Assembly: GCA_002269645.1 (NCBI GenBank)
Contig: NIVC01000245.1
Span: 372,001 to 436,000, forward strand
Length of the DNA stretch: 64,000 nt
From: Macrostomum lignano
Taxonomy: Eukaryota
Reading direction: 5' to 3'
Below the pieces are notes generated by a model. The model made no database searches. It saw nothing but the letters and a program-made list of their open reading frames with translations, and was not told where the DNA came from. How positions within the stretch are numbered: position 1 is the first letter of the stretch; the number at the start of each line of letters is the position of its first letter. The position numbers and the translations under genes were made by a program. Of the stretch, positions 36,113 through 49,849 are shown one piece after another.

Positions 36113-39100
36113 ATGAAGTCTGAAGAAGTTCCCAACCTAACGGTGACCCAAACCCTGTCAGCCGAGCCTATTCGTGATCGCGGCAACTACAAGAAATGCT
36201 ACGAAATCTGGACGGAACTAACCAGTGCGTTTGAAGAGCACAATCTCAGCCTAGACCTGTACAGTTACCGACCGGAAGACACTGGCAAACTGCTCACATT
36301 CACCGTAAAGGAAGTTAATCAGTCTCAAAGCTGTATAGTAGACCAACTGCCGTTTAAACCAATCGCATTCACCTTTCTACTGTCGGTGATAATTGTTTCA
36401 TTCATAGGTAACGCTGCCATTTTTGTTAGCCTGTATAGTAGCAGGCGACGTTTAAGCAAGGTGAATTTCTTCATCTTTAACCTGTCGGTTGCTGACGTCA
36501 TAGTCCTACTGACGCCCGTGGTTGAGGCTGCTAATATTGTTACGCAAACTTGGTACGGCGGCCGATACGTGTGCAAACTCTATCGAGTGCTGTCCACCTT
36601 CGGGCTGTACCTTTCCTCATTCATCGTTGCTTCCTTGGCCTTGGACCGCTATTTGGCCATCACGAGGCCCCTGAGCATTGCCACTGCCGATAGGAGAGGC
36701 AGAATTCTTCTGCTAGTGTCCGTCATCGTGTCCGCCATCTGCAGCGTGCCTCAGGTTGGTGCCGCGTTGCGAATTGGGCAGTTGATGGGCTATATGTAAA
36801 TTCATATTTGCGACGAGATTGATTCGTAGGGGCGCCAAGTTAGATAGTAGATGGCGTCAAGTTCGATAGTAGATGGCGTCAAGTTCGATAGTAGATGGCG
36901 TCAAGTTCGATAGTAGATGGCGTCAAGTTCGATAGTAGATGGCGTCAAGTTCGATAGTAGATGGCGTCAAGTTCGATAGTAGATGGCGTCAAGTTCGATA
37001 GTAGATGGCGTCAAGTTCGATAGTAGATGGCGTCAAGTTCGATAGTAGATGGCGTCAAGTTCGATAGTAGATGGCGTCAAGTTCGATAGTAGATGGCGTC
37101 AAGTTCGATATTATATGGCGTCAAGTTCGATAGTAGATGGCGTCAAGTTCGATAGTAGATGGCGTCAAGTTCGATATTATATGGCGTCAAGTTCGATAGT
37201 AGATGGCGTCAAGTTCGATAGTAGATGGCGTCAAGTTCGATAGTAGATGGCGTCAAGTTCGATAGTAGATGGCGTCAAGTTCGATATTATATGGCGTCAA
37301 GTTCGATAGTAGATGGCGTCAAGTTCGATAGTAGATGGCGTCAAGTTCGATATTATATGGCGTCAAGTTCGATAGTAGATGGCGTCAAGTTCGATAGTAG
37401 ATGGCGTCAAGTTCGATAGTACATGGCGTCAAGTTCGATAGCAGATGGCGTCAAGTTCGATGCGCTACGAAATAATGTAGCAATTGAAGTACTCGATACA
37501 GCGATGAAAAGTACATGGATTGGATGCATTATTAAATACACGGTTTGTATGCAAAATCAGATAACACAATAAAATTCAAAAGTACATATGCATTATTAAG
37601 GTGTGAGACCATGCAGTTAGTTAATTGAATAAATTAGTATCTCCGCTACAAGTTCAGTGAAGCACAGTAATATAATGAGGGTTGCGTGGATGCGTAGAAA
37701 TCTTGCTTAATTCCCTAACAAGATGTAAGAATGTTATACGATAACGGTGTAGCGTAAATCAAGACCACACAAGACCAAATTAGCGGTGTAGAAAGATAGC
37801 TACAATGTTTTAAATGATACAAAGTGGGAATTTCTGCGTTCAGGCTTTACCTACCGGTATCCTTATTTAACGATCATTTTACTAAACTCTATATGAAACT
37901 CAAAGAAACTTTTTCCAGAATTACGAGTAAAACAATTCTTAACTTGTTTAAATCTGATGCTTAAAGACCTCTAGGAGACAACTAGAAGTCCTTGTTTCGT
38001 GTTTCTTGCCTCAGTTCTGGATAAATTTTTCCTCAGGAATATTGACAGTGGTCACTTTTTCCGCCCTATTTCCCTAGTGTAAATTTGGCGGGACCCTCTG
38101 CTACTTCTACTCCCTCTGTTCTAGGACTCAGCGGGTCTGCACACTCAGTGGACGGAGTGAATTCTTCGGGGAAAAGCTCCCAAGCTGTCAGAAACGTGAC
38201 TTCCAAATTTCGTTAGCCTTTTCGGCCAGACTCTCTAATTTCCTATTTCAGTTAGCAGTTTTTCTCCGGAGTTCACTAATTCAGTAGCTAGTTCTTGGCA
38301 CGATTGTCCCAGCTAAGGACCGCAGGAAACGGACAGATCTACATCTGGAGACTAGAGACTGGTTAAAGCTACGGATTAAGGCTTAGAGAGCTTAGGGATT
38401 TGTTCATCACCTCCACCCATCAATCCAGCGCCCATGCCCTTTGAAGGAAGTAATTTTATGCGTGGCTGGACTGATACTGACCTCTTCGCCCCGGCCACAC
38501 GATGCTCAACTTTCCAAATTTGCTTGATTCTCCCGACCCTTGCTACCGCGCTAATATAGTAACACGAGCTGGGCCGTGACTTCCTCAACTATGCAGCTGT
38601 GTCGTTATCACAGGAAATCCTAATCGGAAAAATTGTCTCTGAATAAGAAATACCGTATGCAGTCTTTCTGGGAATTTTCTATCGCCTATGTGAATCTTCC
38701 CTGTCACTTTTTGAGCTCCTTCAACTAACGTTCAGTCACTTCTCTCTCTTTTCAGCCTCTCTTATTAATTTAGGTATTATCAGGTGGCAGCAGAGCAGCT
38801 CAGCGGATAACGCGAACGAATCTGGCGTTAAATTGCCTTAAAATTCAAACTCGACCTGAGACCTCTCGTGCAGCTCTTGTCCCAACCACACTCACAACTC
38901 ACACTTTAAGAATGTCGCCCTTACTTTGCTACAACGGTTCAAAACTTATGCTGAACTGACAAGCCCCAATAAATTGCAGTCATTGGGATATCTGTGATGT
39001 TGCTGATGATGATCTGATTACCCAAAAGCTTCTTTGACATCAGAGATAAATGAATCATATCTTTCGTTCGATTCCATTTGAAGTGCGTTGCAATATAAGA

Positions 39101-39137
39101 AAGTTAATACTACGAGCGTACGTATGTAGTTGGGCCT

Positions 39138-39169
<32 letters not shown>

Positions 39170-42100
39170 AAGATTTTTTGTCGAAAAAGTTTTTGCGTAA
39201 GTAAAACCCTACTTACCTCTACCCTATGTAATGCAAAAGAGTAAAAAATCTTTGCAAAGTCTATTTACAGAGTACAATTTTTATCGTATTGTTGCTTTCT
39301 CAAAAGAACTTGCGAACAACCTCGTCAAAAGTAGCTACGTGTGTATACTCTCTCCAGTTGCAAACTGTAAGTTCAAAAATGTGATGACATTGTAAAAAAC
39401 CCATAGCTAATTGTTTTATTTTGACTTCAGGCATTCGTGTTCGATGTATTTGAGAGCAGCTTCTTCAAGAGCTACAACCGAATGTGCATGGAGACGTTTG
39501 CAGCGGATCAAGAGAATTCAATTAAAAGGCGCTGCTATAATATATTCGCCTTTGCCATGATGTACGGCTTGCCTCTGATTCTCATCAGCTGGTGCTACGG
39601 CCGAGTGCTCTGCATTCTAACAGTCAAATCGAAGGAGCATCACGGTGAGTCGGAGTCACTAGCTGATCAGCGGGCGTTTGTTTCACAAGCTGGAAGCTTC
39701 ACAAACTCAAAATATTATTGTCGAAAAGTCACTTTTGCAAGTTAAATGTTGCACACAGGATCGAAGTAGCATAGCATTAAATGCCTAGCTTATGAAGTTT
39801 CCAGCTGCTAAAAGTACACCGGCTGAAGTTACAGCATCTGAAACTAATGAAAAGTGGACAAAGAGTGGGGCAAATGGGTATTTAGCTCACTTTCTCAGTG
39901 CCCAATTGAAATAGAAATTTTTCTTTGCTTTTCAAAATACAATTCCTAGCTCTAAAGAAATGGTGCAGAATTTCAGAACGTCCGGGAATTAAATGAGCAT
40001 TTCTCTAGGGATTCAGGGTTTCCTTGTTGGGTAAAGATCTTCTAGAAGAGAATTCATTAATCTGCAGATTACACAGAAAGTACATGTACGGGAAGCTTTA
40101 GCCAAATGTACAGATGGAACAGAAAGAATAAATTAACGCCTTTAATTGATTGAAAAAATTGCTGTTTGTATTTGAATTTTGCTATTGTATTTCTTTTTTA
40201 GAATTAGAATGCTCAAAATTAGTCTCACTTTTATCATTGCTAGTTTTTCACTCTAATTGTCACACGAATTTCATTCTCAGGCTTCAGAATAAAAGTAAAA
40301 TGTAAGTGAAATTAGCTCGAAAATTTCATCTAGTTAAACAAATATTAAGTCAAATTTTACTTCTCTTGCTCTGAATCTCACTCTCAATTTGACAATGCCG
40401 CTATGCAGGCAGCTGCAGAACCGCCCACCGACTGACCCAGGCCTCAGACAGACCCAGCAATAAAAATGAGACGCCCAGGAGGCTGGCTGAGCGGCACCAG
40501 TGCCGAGCAACTTCTGCTGGCACCGAGAGAAAGCCGTCACTGAGGCGGCACGATGTTGGAAATCTGGAACGGGCCAGGACTTGCACTCTGAGAATGACCC
40601 TGATCATCGGTGAGTGCGCTCTCGATATAGTGCGGGGAAGGCTGATGGTAAGAGTGGGGTTGCTAAGGGTAGAACGTTTAATTTGCAAAAGCTACAAGTA
40701 GACCGGATCTTGAGCAGTTAGCAAAGGCTTGGGAGTGTTTGAGGGGCTTCAGTGTGACATATCGTGCGTGCAATTAGAAAAAAAAATTAATCTTCTTTGA
40801 TTAGTTAAATCAAGTCATTTCTAGACGTAAAAAAATTCTTGATTCTAGCTAGCTAAAATATTGCTCGATTTTTAGCTTTTAATCTCTGATGAGGGATTCT
40901 TTAGTGTGTGAAATGAAGATCTGTGAGCATCCATATCAATGTTGGAGAGCAAGAGCTGTAACAATAAAGTTTCGTTTAAGACTTGAAGAGAATTATAGTG
41001 TACTATGTGTACTATGCACAATACTGTTTACTATGTACAATACTGTGTACTATGCACAATACTGTGTACTATGCACAATACTGTGTACTATGTACAATAC
41101 TGTGTACTATGCACAATACTGTGTACTATGCACAATACTGTGTACTATGCACAATACTGTGTACTATGCACAATACTGTGTACTATGCACAATACTGTGT
41201 ACTATGCACAATACTGTGTACTATGCACAATACTGTGTACTATGCACAATACTGTGTACTATGTACAATACTGTGTACTATGTACAATACTGTGTACTAT
41301 GCACAATACTGTGTACTATGCACAATACTGTGTACTATGCACAATACTGTGTACTATGTACGATACTGTGTACTATGCACAATACTGTGTACTATGCACA
41401 ATACTGTGTACTATGTACAATACTGTGTACTATGCACAATACTGTGTACTATGTACAATACTGTGTACTATGCACAATACTGTGTACTATGCACAATACT
41501 GTGTACTATACATAGTACATATACTGTATAGGATTACGTATATTAAAATTCTCAACACTTAACTATTGATCAAGTAAAGTCATGAAATAAGGAATATCCT
41601 CGCCATGTGATGAAATGCGCTCGCATTACATTTGCATTTACATCGGACACAGTCCTGGCATTTTTGCTCTGCTGGGCACCGTACTGGATTGTCACTCTGA
41701 TGAGCAGCTTCCCTACAGGCAGTCAGTGAGTGACTCTCATCCATGTGTTGTCAACATATAGTTCAATGAACTCTAAAAATACTTTGACTGTCACAAAATT
41801 TCTAATTTCTATTTCAGACAATTGTTGGACACTGATATTGTGTACATGTGCCTGACATTCGCTTTCGTCAACTCCGGACTCAACCCTCTGATCTATGGTG
41901 AGAGTTGACTCGAGCCGCTTTTAACTCTTTAATTGGTCTCGCAACTTCCTGAATCAAAACTGCATGCAGAAATCAGATCCCAAATCTGATCCCAAATCTG
42001 ATCCCAAATCTGATCCCAAATCTGATCCCAAATCTGATCCCAAATCTGATCCCAAATTAGATCCCAGATCAGATCCCATATCTGATCCCAAATCTGATCC

Positions 42101-43129
42101 CAAATCAGATCCCAAATCTGATCCCAAATCAGATCCCATATCAGATCCCAAATCTGATCCCAAATCTGATCCTAAATCTGATCCCAAATCAGATCCCATA
42201 TCAGATCCCAAATCAGATCCCATATCAGATCCCAAATCAGATCCCAAATCAGATCCCATATCAGATCCCAAATCAGATCCCATATCAGATCCCAAATCTG
42301 ATCCCAAATCTGATCCCAAATCTGATCCCAAATCTGATCCCAAATTAGATCCCAGATCAGATCCTGATCCCAAATCAGATCCCAAATCTGATCCCATATC
42401 AGATCCCATATCAGATCCCAAATCTGATCCCAAATCTGATCCCAAATCTGATCCCAAATCAGATCCCATATCAGATCCCAAATCAGATCCCATATCAGAT
42501 CCCAAATCAGATCCCAAATCAGATCCCATATCAGATCCCATATCAGATCCCAAATCTGATCCAAAATCTGATCCCAAATCTGATCCCAAATCAGATCCCA
42601 TATCAGATCCCAAATCAGATCCCATATCAGATCCCAAATCTGATCCCAAATCAGATCCCAAATCTGATCCCAAATCAGATCCCATATCAGATCCCAAATC
42701 AGATCCCAAATCAGATCCCAAATCAGATCCCAAAATCAGATCCCAAATCAGGTCCCAAATCAGATCCCAAATCAGGTCCCAAATCAGATCCCAAATCAGA
42801 TCCCAAATCGGATTCAAATCAGATCGCAAGGCGGGTTTATGCTTCATATAATAATCCCGGATTCGAACTCCCAACCATCAGGCGTGTTCAGCAGTCAGTC
42901 TCGCGGCATCTTTCGAGGCGCGTGGAACAAGTGCTGCTGCTGCTGCAGAAGCTCGACCGGAGCCAACAGCAACAACAGAAACAATTTTAACAACAGAAGC
43001 AACTGCAACAGCAATTTGCTCCGGGGAGGAACTGGCAGAACCCCGCCATCTCCGAGACCCGCCGGTGAATCTGGCAGAGGCGAAGAAGCCGGTCGAGAGC
43101 TGATCCCGATGCAAAGTCTGCCGGAATGA
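36113..43129 (+). CDS. class A neuropeptide GPCR, GnRH/AKH/corazonin receptor family (about 485 aa); exons 36113-36754, 39431-39644, 40409-40609, 41653-41725, 41818-41897, 42882-43129
   Basis: GNAAIF, SKVNFFIFNLSVAD, CKL..FGLYLSSF..LDRYLAI.RPL, SVPQ, YGLPL..I..CY, RARTCTLRMT, CWAPY, NPLIY, Cys-rich tail; all five introns phase-consistent. Confidence 0.92.
36842..37460. repeat. 22-bp minisatellite (AGATGGCGTCAAGTTCGATAGT) in GPCR intron 1
   Basis: About 28 copies. Confidence 0.97.
41000..41520. repeat. 19-bp minisatellite (TACTGTGTACTATGCACAA) in GPCR intron 3
   Basis: About 27 copies. Confidence 0.97.
41972..42825. repeat. 12-bp minisatellite (GATCCCAAATCW) in GPCR intron 5
   Basis: About 70 copies. 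Confidence 0.97.
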
Positions 43130-43214
43130 CTTGTGTTGTTTGTTTTTCCGCGTGTGTCGCTTTGAAACTTTCTTCATGACGATATACATGTATCTAGATA
43201 TTTTCAGGATAGCA

Positions 43215-46200
43215 GCACTCAATGATCAGGATCATTACAGACTACCACTCAATGACCAGTGTCATTAAACACTACCACTCAATGACCAGGTCATTAAACA
43301 CCACCACTCAATGACCAGGTCATTAAACACTACCACTCAATGACCAGGTCATTAAAGACTACCACTCAATGACCAGAGTCACTAAAGACTACCACTCAAT
43401 GACCAGTGTCATTAAACACTACCACTCAATGACCAGTGTCATTAAACACTACCACTCAATTACCAGTGTCATTAAACACTACCACTCAATGACCAGGTCA
43501 TTAAACACTACCACTCAATGACCAGTGTCATTAAACACTACCACTCAATGACCAGGGTCACTAAAGACAACCACTCAATGACCAGTGTCATTAAACACTA
43601 CCACTCAGTGACCAGGGTCATTAAACACTACCACTCAATGACCAGGGTCATTAAACACTACCACTCAGTGACCAGGGTCATTAAAAACTACCACTCAGTG
43701 ACCAGGGTCATTAAACACTACCACTCAATGACCAGTGTCATTAAACACTACCACTCAATGACCAGGTCATTAAAGACTACCATTCAATGACCAGGGTCAC
43801 TAAAGACTACCACTCAGTGACCAGTGTCATTAAACACTACCACTCAATGACCAGGTCATTAAACACTACCACTCAATGATCAGGATCATTACAGACTACC
43901 ACTCAATGACCAGTGTCATTAAACACTACCACTCAATGACCAGGTCATTAAACACCACCACTCAATGACCAGGTCATTAAAGACTACCACTCAATGACCA
44001 GAGTCACTAAAGACTACCACTCAGTGACCAGGGTCATTAAACACTACCACTCAGTGACCAGGGTCATTAAACACTACCACTCAGTGACCAGGGTCATTAA
44101 ACACTACCACTCAGTGACCAGGGTCATTAAACACTACCACTCAGTGACCAGGGTCATTAAACACTACCACTCAATGACCAGGGTCATTAAACACTACCAC
44201 TCAATGACCAGGTTATTAAAGACTACCACTCAGTGACCAGTGTCACTAAAGACTACCACTCAGTGACCAGTGTCATTAAACACTACCACTCAATGACCAG
44301 GTCATTAAACACTACCACTCAATGATCAGGATCATTACAGACTACCACTCAATGATCAGTGTCATTAAACACTACCACTCAATGACCAGGTCATTAAACA
44401 CCACCACTCAATGACCAGGTCATTAAAGACTACCACTCAATGACCAGAGTCACTAAAGACTACCACTCAATGACCAGTGTCATTAAACACTACCACTCAA
44501 TGACCAGTGTCATTAAACACTACCACTCAATTACCAGTGTCATTAAACACTACCACTCAATGACCAGGTCATTAAACACTACCACTCAATGACCAGTGTC
44601 ATTAAACACTACCACTCAATGACCAGGGTCACTAAAGACAACCACTCAATGACCAGTGTCATTAAACACTACCACTCAATGACCAGTGTCATTAAACACT
44701 ACCACTCAATGACCAGGGTCATTAAACACTACCACTCAATGACCAGTGTCATTAAACACTACCACTCAGTGACCAGTGTCATTAAACACTACCACTCAAT
44801 TATCAGGATCATTACAGACTACCACTCAATGACCAGGGTCATTAAACACTACCACTCAATGACCAGTGTCATTAAACACTACCACTCAATGACCAGTGTC
44901 ATTAAACACTACCACTCAATGACCAGTGTCATTAAACACTACCACTCAATGACCAGTGTCATTAAACACTACCACTCAGTGACCAGTGTCATTAAACACT
45001 ACCACTCAATGATCAGTGTCATTAAACACTACCACTCAATGACCAGTGTCATTAAACACTACCACTCAATGATCAGGATCATTACAGACTACCACTCAAT
45101 GATCAGGTCATTAAAGACTACCACTCAATGACCAGGGTCATTAAACACTACCACTCAATGACCAGGTCATTAAAGACTACCACTCAATGACCAGTGTCAT
45201 TAAACACTACCACTCAATTATCAGGATCATTACAGACTACCACTCAATGACCAGTGTCATTAAACACTACCACTCAATGACCAGGTCATTAAACACTACC
45301 ACTCAATGACCAGTGTCATTAAACACTACCACTCAATTATCAGGATCATTACAGACTACCACTCAATGACCAGGGTCATTAAACACTACCACTCAATGAC
45401 CAGTGTCATTAAACACTACCACTCAATGACCAGTGTCATTAAACACTACCACTCAATGACAAGTGTCATTAAACACTACCACTCAATGACCAGTGTTATT
45501 AAACACTACCACTCAATGACCAGGGTCATTATAGACTTGCACTCAATTAACAGGGTCATTACAGACTACCACTCAATGACCAGTGTCATTAAACACTACC
45601 ACTCAATGATCAGGGTCATTACAGACTACCACTCAATGACCAGTGTCATTAAACACTACCACTCAATGACCAGGTCATTAAACACTACCACTCAATGACC
45701 AGGTCATTAAACACTACCACTCAATGACCAGGTCATTAAACACTACCACTCAATGACCAGGGTCATTAAACACTACCACTCAATGACCAGGTCATTAAAC
45801 ACTACCACTCAATGACCAGTGTCATTAAACACTACCACTCAGTGACCAGGGTCATTAAACACTACCACTCAATGACCAGGGTCATTAAACACTACCACTC
45901 AATGACCAGTGTCATTAAACACTACCACTCAGTGACCAGGGTCATTAAACACTACCACTCAATGACCAGGGTCATTAAACACTACCGCTCAATGACCAGT
46001 GTCATTAAACACTACCACTCAATGACCAGGGTCATTAAACACTACCACTCAGTGACCAGGGTCATTAAACACTACCACTCGATGACCAGGGTCATTAAAC
46101 ACTACCACTCAATGACCAGGTCATTAAAGACTACCACTCAGTGACCAGGGTCATTAAACACTACCACTCAGTGACCAGGGTCATTAAACACTACCACTCA

Positions 46201-47675
46201 ATGACCAGGGTCATTAAACACTACCACTCAATGACCAGGGTCATTAAACACTACCACTCAATGACCAGTGTCATTAAACACTACCACTCAATGACCAGGG
46301 TCATTATAGACTACCACTCAATGACCAGTGTCATTAAACACTACCACTCAATGATCAGGGTCATTACAGACTATCACTCAATGACCAGTGTCATTAAACA
46401 CTACCACTCAATGACCAGGTCATTAAAGACTACCACTCAATGACCAGGGTCATTAAACACTACCACTCAATGACCAGTGTCATTAAACACTACCACTCAA
46501 TGACCAGTGTCATTAAACACTACCACTCAATGACCAGTGTCATTAAAGACTACCACTCAATGACCAGGGTCATTATAGACTACCACTTAATGACCAGTGT
46601 CATTAAACACTACCACTCAATGATCAGGGTCATTACAGACTACCACTCAATGACCAGGGTCATTAAACACTACCACTCAATGACCAGTGTCATTAAACAC
46701 TACCACTCAATGACCAGTGTCATTAAACACTACCACTCAATGACAAGTGTCATTAAACACTACCACTCAATGACCAGTGTCATTAAACACTACCACTCAA
46801 TGACCAGGGTCATTATAGACTTGCACTCAATTAACAGGGTCATTACAGACTACCACTCAATGACCAGTGTCATTAAACACTACCACTCAATGATCAGGGT
46901 CATTAAACACTACCACTCAATGACCAGGTCATTAAAGACTACCACTCAATGACCAGTGTCATTAAACACTACCACTCAATGACCAGTGTCATTAAACACT
47001 ACCACTCAATGACCAGTGTCATTAAACACTACCACTCAGTGACCAGGGTCATTAAACACTACCACTCAATGACCAGGTCATTAAACACTACCACTCAATG
47101 ACCAGGTCATTAAACACTACCACTCAATGACCAGGTCATTAAACACTACCACTCAATGACCAGGGTCATTAAACACTACCACTCAATGACCAGGTCATTA
47201 AACACTACCACTCAATGACCAGTGTCATTAAACACTACCACTCAATGACCAGTGTCATTAAAGACTACCACTCAGTGACCAGGGTCATTAAACACTACCA
47301 CTCAATGACCAGTGTCATTAAACACCACCACTCAATGACCAGGGTCATTAAACACCACCATTCAATGACCAGGGTCATTAAACACTACCACTCAGTGACC
47401 AGGATCATTAAACACTACCACTCGATGACCAGGGTCATTAAACACTACCACTCAATGACCAGTGTCATTAAACACTACCACTCAATGACCAGGGTCATTA
47501 AACACCACCATTCAATGACCAGGGTCATTAAACACTACCACTCAGTGACCAGGGTCATTAAACACTACTACTCAGTGACCAGGGTCATTAAACACTACCA
47601 CTCGATGACCAGGGTCATTAAACACTACCACTCAATGACCAGGGTCATTAAACACTACCACTCAATGACCAGGGT
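43215..47675. repeat. 30/29-bp satellite (AATGACCAGGGTCATTAAACACTACCACTC), about 4.5 kb
   Basis: About 150 units; rare variants repeat at 1284-bp spacing (45461/46745, 45531/46815). Confidence 0.98.
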
Positions 47676-48124
47676 CTATTGAGATCACCAGTGACAGAAA
47701 TGACTATGCGAAGTCTGCTTGAACTATGGCTGTAGGGCTGACATCAGTTGAAGATAAACAATGACTATAATTTTGTATGCACAACTGCAAGACCCAGCAT
47801 AACTAGGCCTCTGTGACTCGTCCCGGTGTTTAGCCGGTATTTACTCGTACTTTAACGAACTTTTTTAGAACAAAGCCAGATAATTACGATTATTCAAGCG
47901 CTATTGTGTCCAACTGGCTTGCTTTTTGTTAATTTTATATTGGAAAACTGTTAATTTGGACTGCCCGTTGCTTTGTAGCGAGATTTCGTGCTACGAGTAT
48001 CACATTCTTAGCAGGAGCTCTCACTCGCTGTATTGACAAGCTAGTATAGTTTGTTAAAAAATATTTTTGTTAAGAATTGCACCCCGAATAAAACTTAAAT
48101 ATTTGACTATGTAGTTCAGTGTTG

Positions 48125-48660
48125 TCTGGTTACCTGTTAGACAGTGTGGTTACCTGTTAGACAGTGTGGTTACCTGTTAGACAGTTTGGTTACCTGTTAG
48201 ACAGTGTGGTTACCTGTTAGACAGTGTGGTTACCTGTTAGACAGGGTGGTTACCTGTTAGACAGTTTGGTTACCTGTTAGACGGTGTTATTACCTGTTAG
48301 ACAGTATAGTTACCTGTTAGACAGTGTGGTTACCTGTTAGACACTGTGGTTACCTGTTAGACAGTGTTGTTACCTGTTAGACACTGCTGTTACCTGTTAG
48401 ACAGTGTGGTTGCCTGTTAGCAGTTTGGTTACCTGTTAGACAGTGTGGTTATCTGTTAGACAGTGTGGTTACCTGTTAGACAGTGTGGTTACCTGTTAGA
48501 CAGTGTGGTTACCTGTTAGACAGTGTGGTTACCTGTTAGACAGTGTGGTTACCTGTTAGACAGTGTGGTTACCTGTTAGACAGTGTGGTTACCTGTTAGA
48601 CAGTGTGGTTACCTGTTAGACAGTGTGGTTACCTGTAAGACAGTGTGGTTACCTATTTGG
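48125..48660. repeat. 20-bp minisatellite (GGTTACCTGTTAGACAGTGT)
   Basis: About 26 copies; shares the ACCTGTTAGACAG core with the 32.5-kb array. Confidence 0.97.
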
Positions 48661-49094
48661 CAGTCTAACTATATATATTTTGGAGCATTTTTTTCACAGA
48701 ATATAGCTAACAGTCTGCAATATGTAGTATGCTCGTACTTTTGTAAAGCAACTCTCACAGCGAATGCGAAGTCTTTTGTTTTGTTGCCAATATTGCCGAT
48801 TAAAAAAGTATAACTTTATTAGTTGTCAAGTTTCCTGTAATAAAAATTCTGATAATCAGAGGTATTTTTTTTGCTAAATTTACTTACACACAGTACGACT
48901 GATTGATTTAATAAAGAGTCTGTCGGTCTGTAAGGTAAAAATAATTACTTAGGATGACAGACAACCACTTATATCAACTCTAACTGTCTTGCAACTCAAA
49001 ATTCATAAAAACAGCTTTATGACAGGCAGCTGTGAGTAGAGGTTGGGTAGTTTGAAGAGCAAAAGGCTGAAAAAAATCTTCTTGTCTTCCTGTC

Positions 49095-49440
<346 letters not shown>

Positions 49441-49849
49441 ACTGTGCTTCCTTACATCTCGCGGCCCCCAATGTAGAACATTTCCGACAGTAGACAGTTC
49501 CCCAGGGCGTGCACCTAAATATGCATTGCGTGTGCCGCCAGCCCGCAATTCCAAAAATAGCCAATAGACAGCAGATGCAGATTTAGCCAGCCAACTGCAC
49601 ATTTATGCTTATCAGTCAATACGCACAAGAAACGCAAGTTAAAGCTGAATGCTCTGGCAAATATTTGTTAAGTTTAGTGAGCGCTTTGGGAATCGGTCAT
49701 TTGGACAAAACTCGCGAGGGTCTGGTCTTGCATCACTAATCTAACTGTAGGGCTTGCAAATCTGATAAGAGCCTTGATAGTGTATAAATATAGCGTCTAA
49801 AACTACCATTAAAAATACGTTTGAAAAGTCTGACAGGAAACCTTGAGCA

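Noticed and set aside
38080-38600. GC-richer patch in GPCR intron 1, possible old LINE fragment
   Set aside because: No recognisable endonuclease or RT motif in any frame.
40889-47682. Repetitive ORFs (YYAQYCVLC, SDPK/GSDL, MTSVIKHYHS)
   Set aside because: Translations of intronic and downstream minisatellites; the GPCR exons splice around them.
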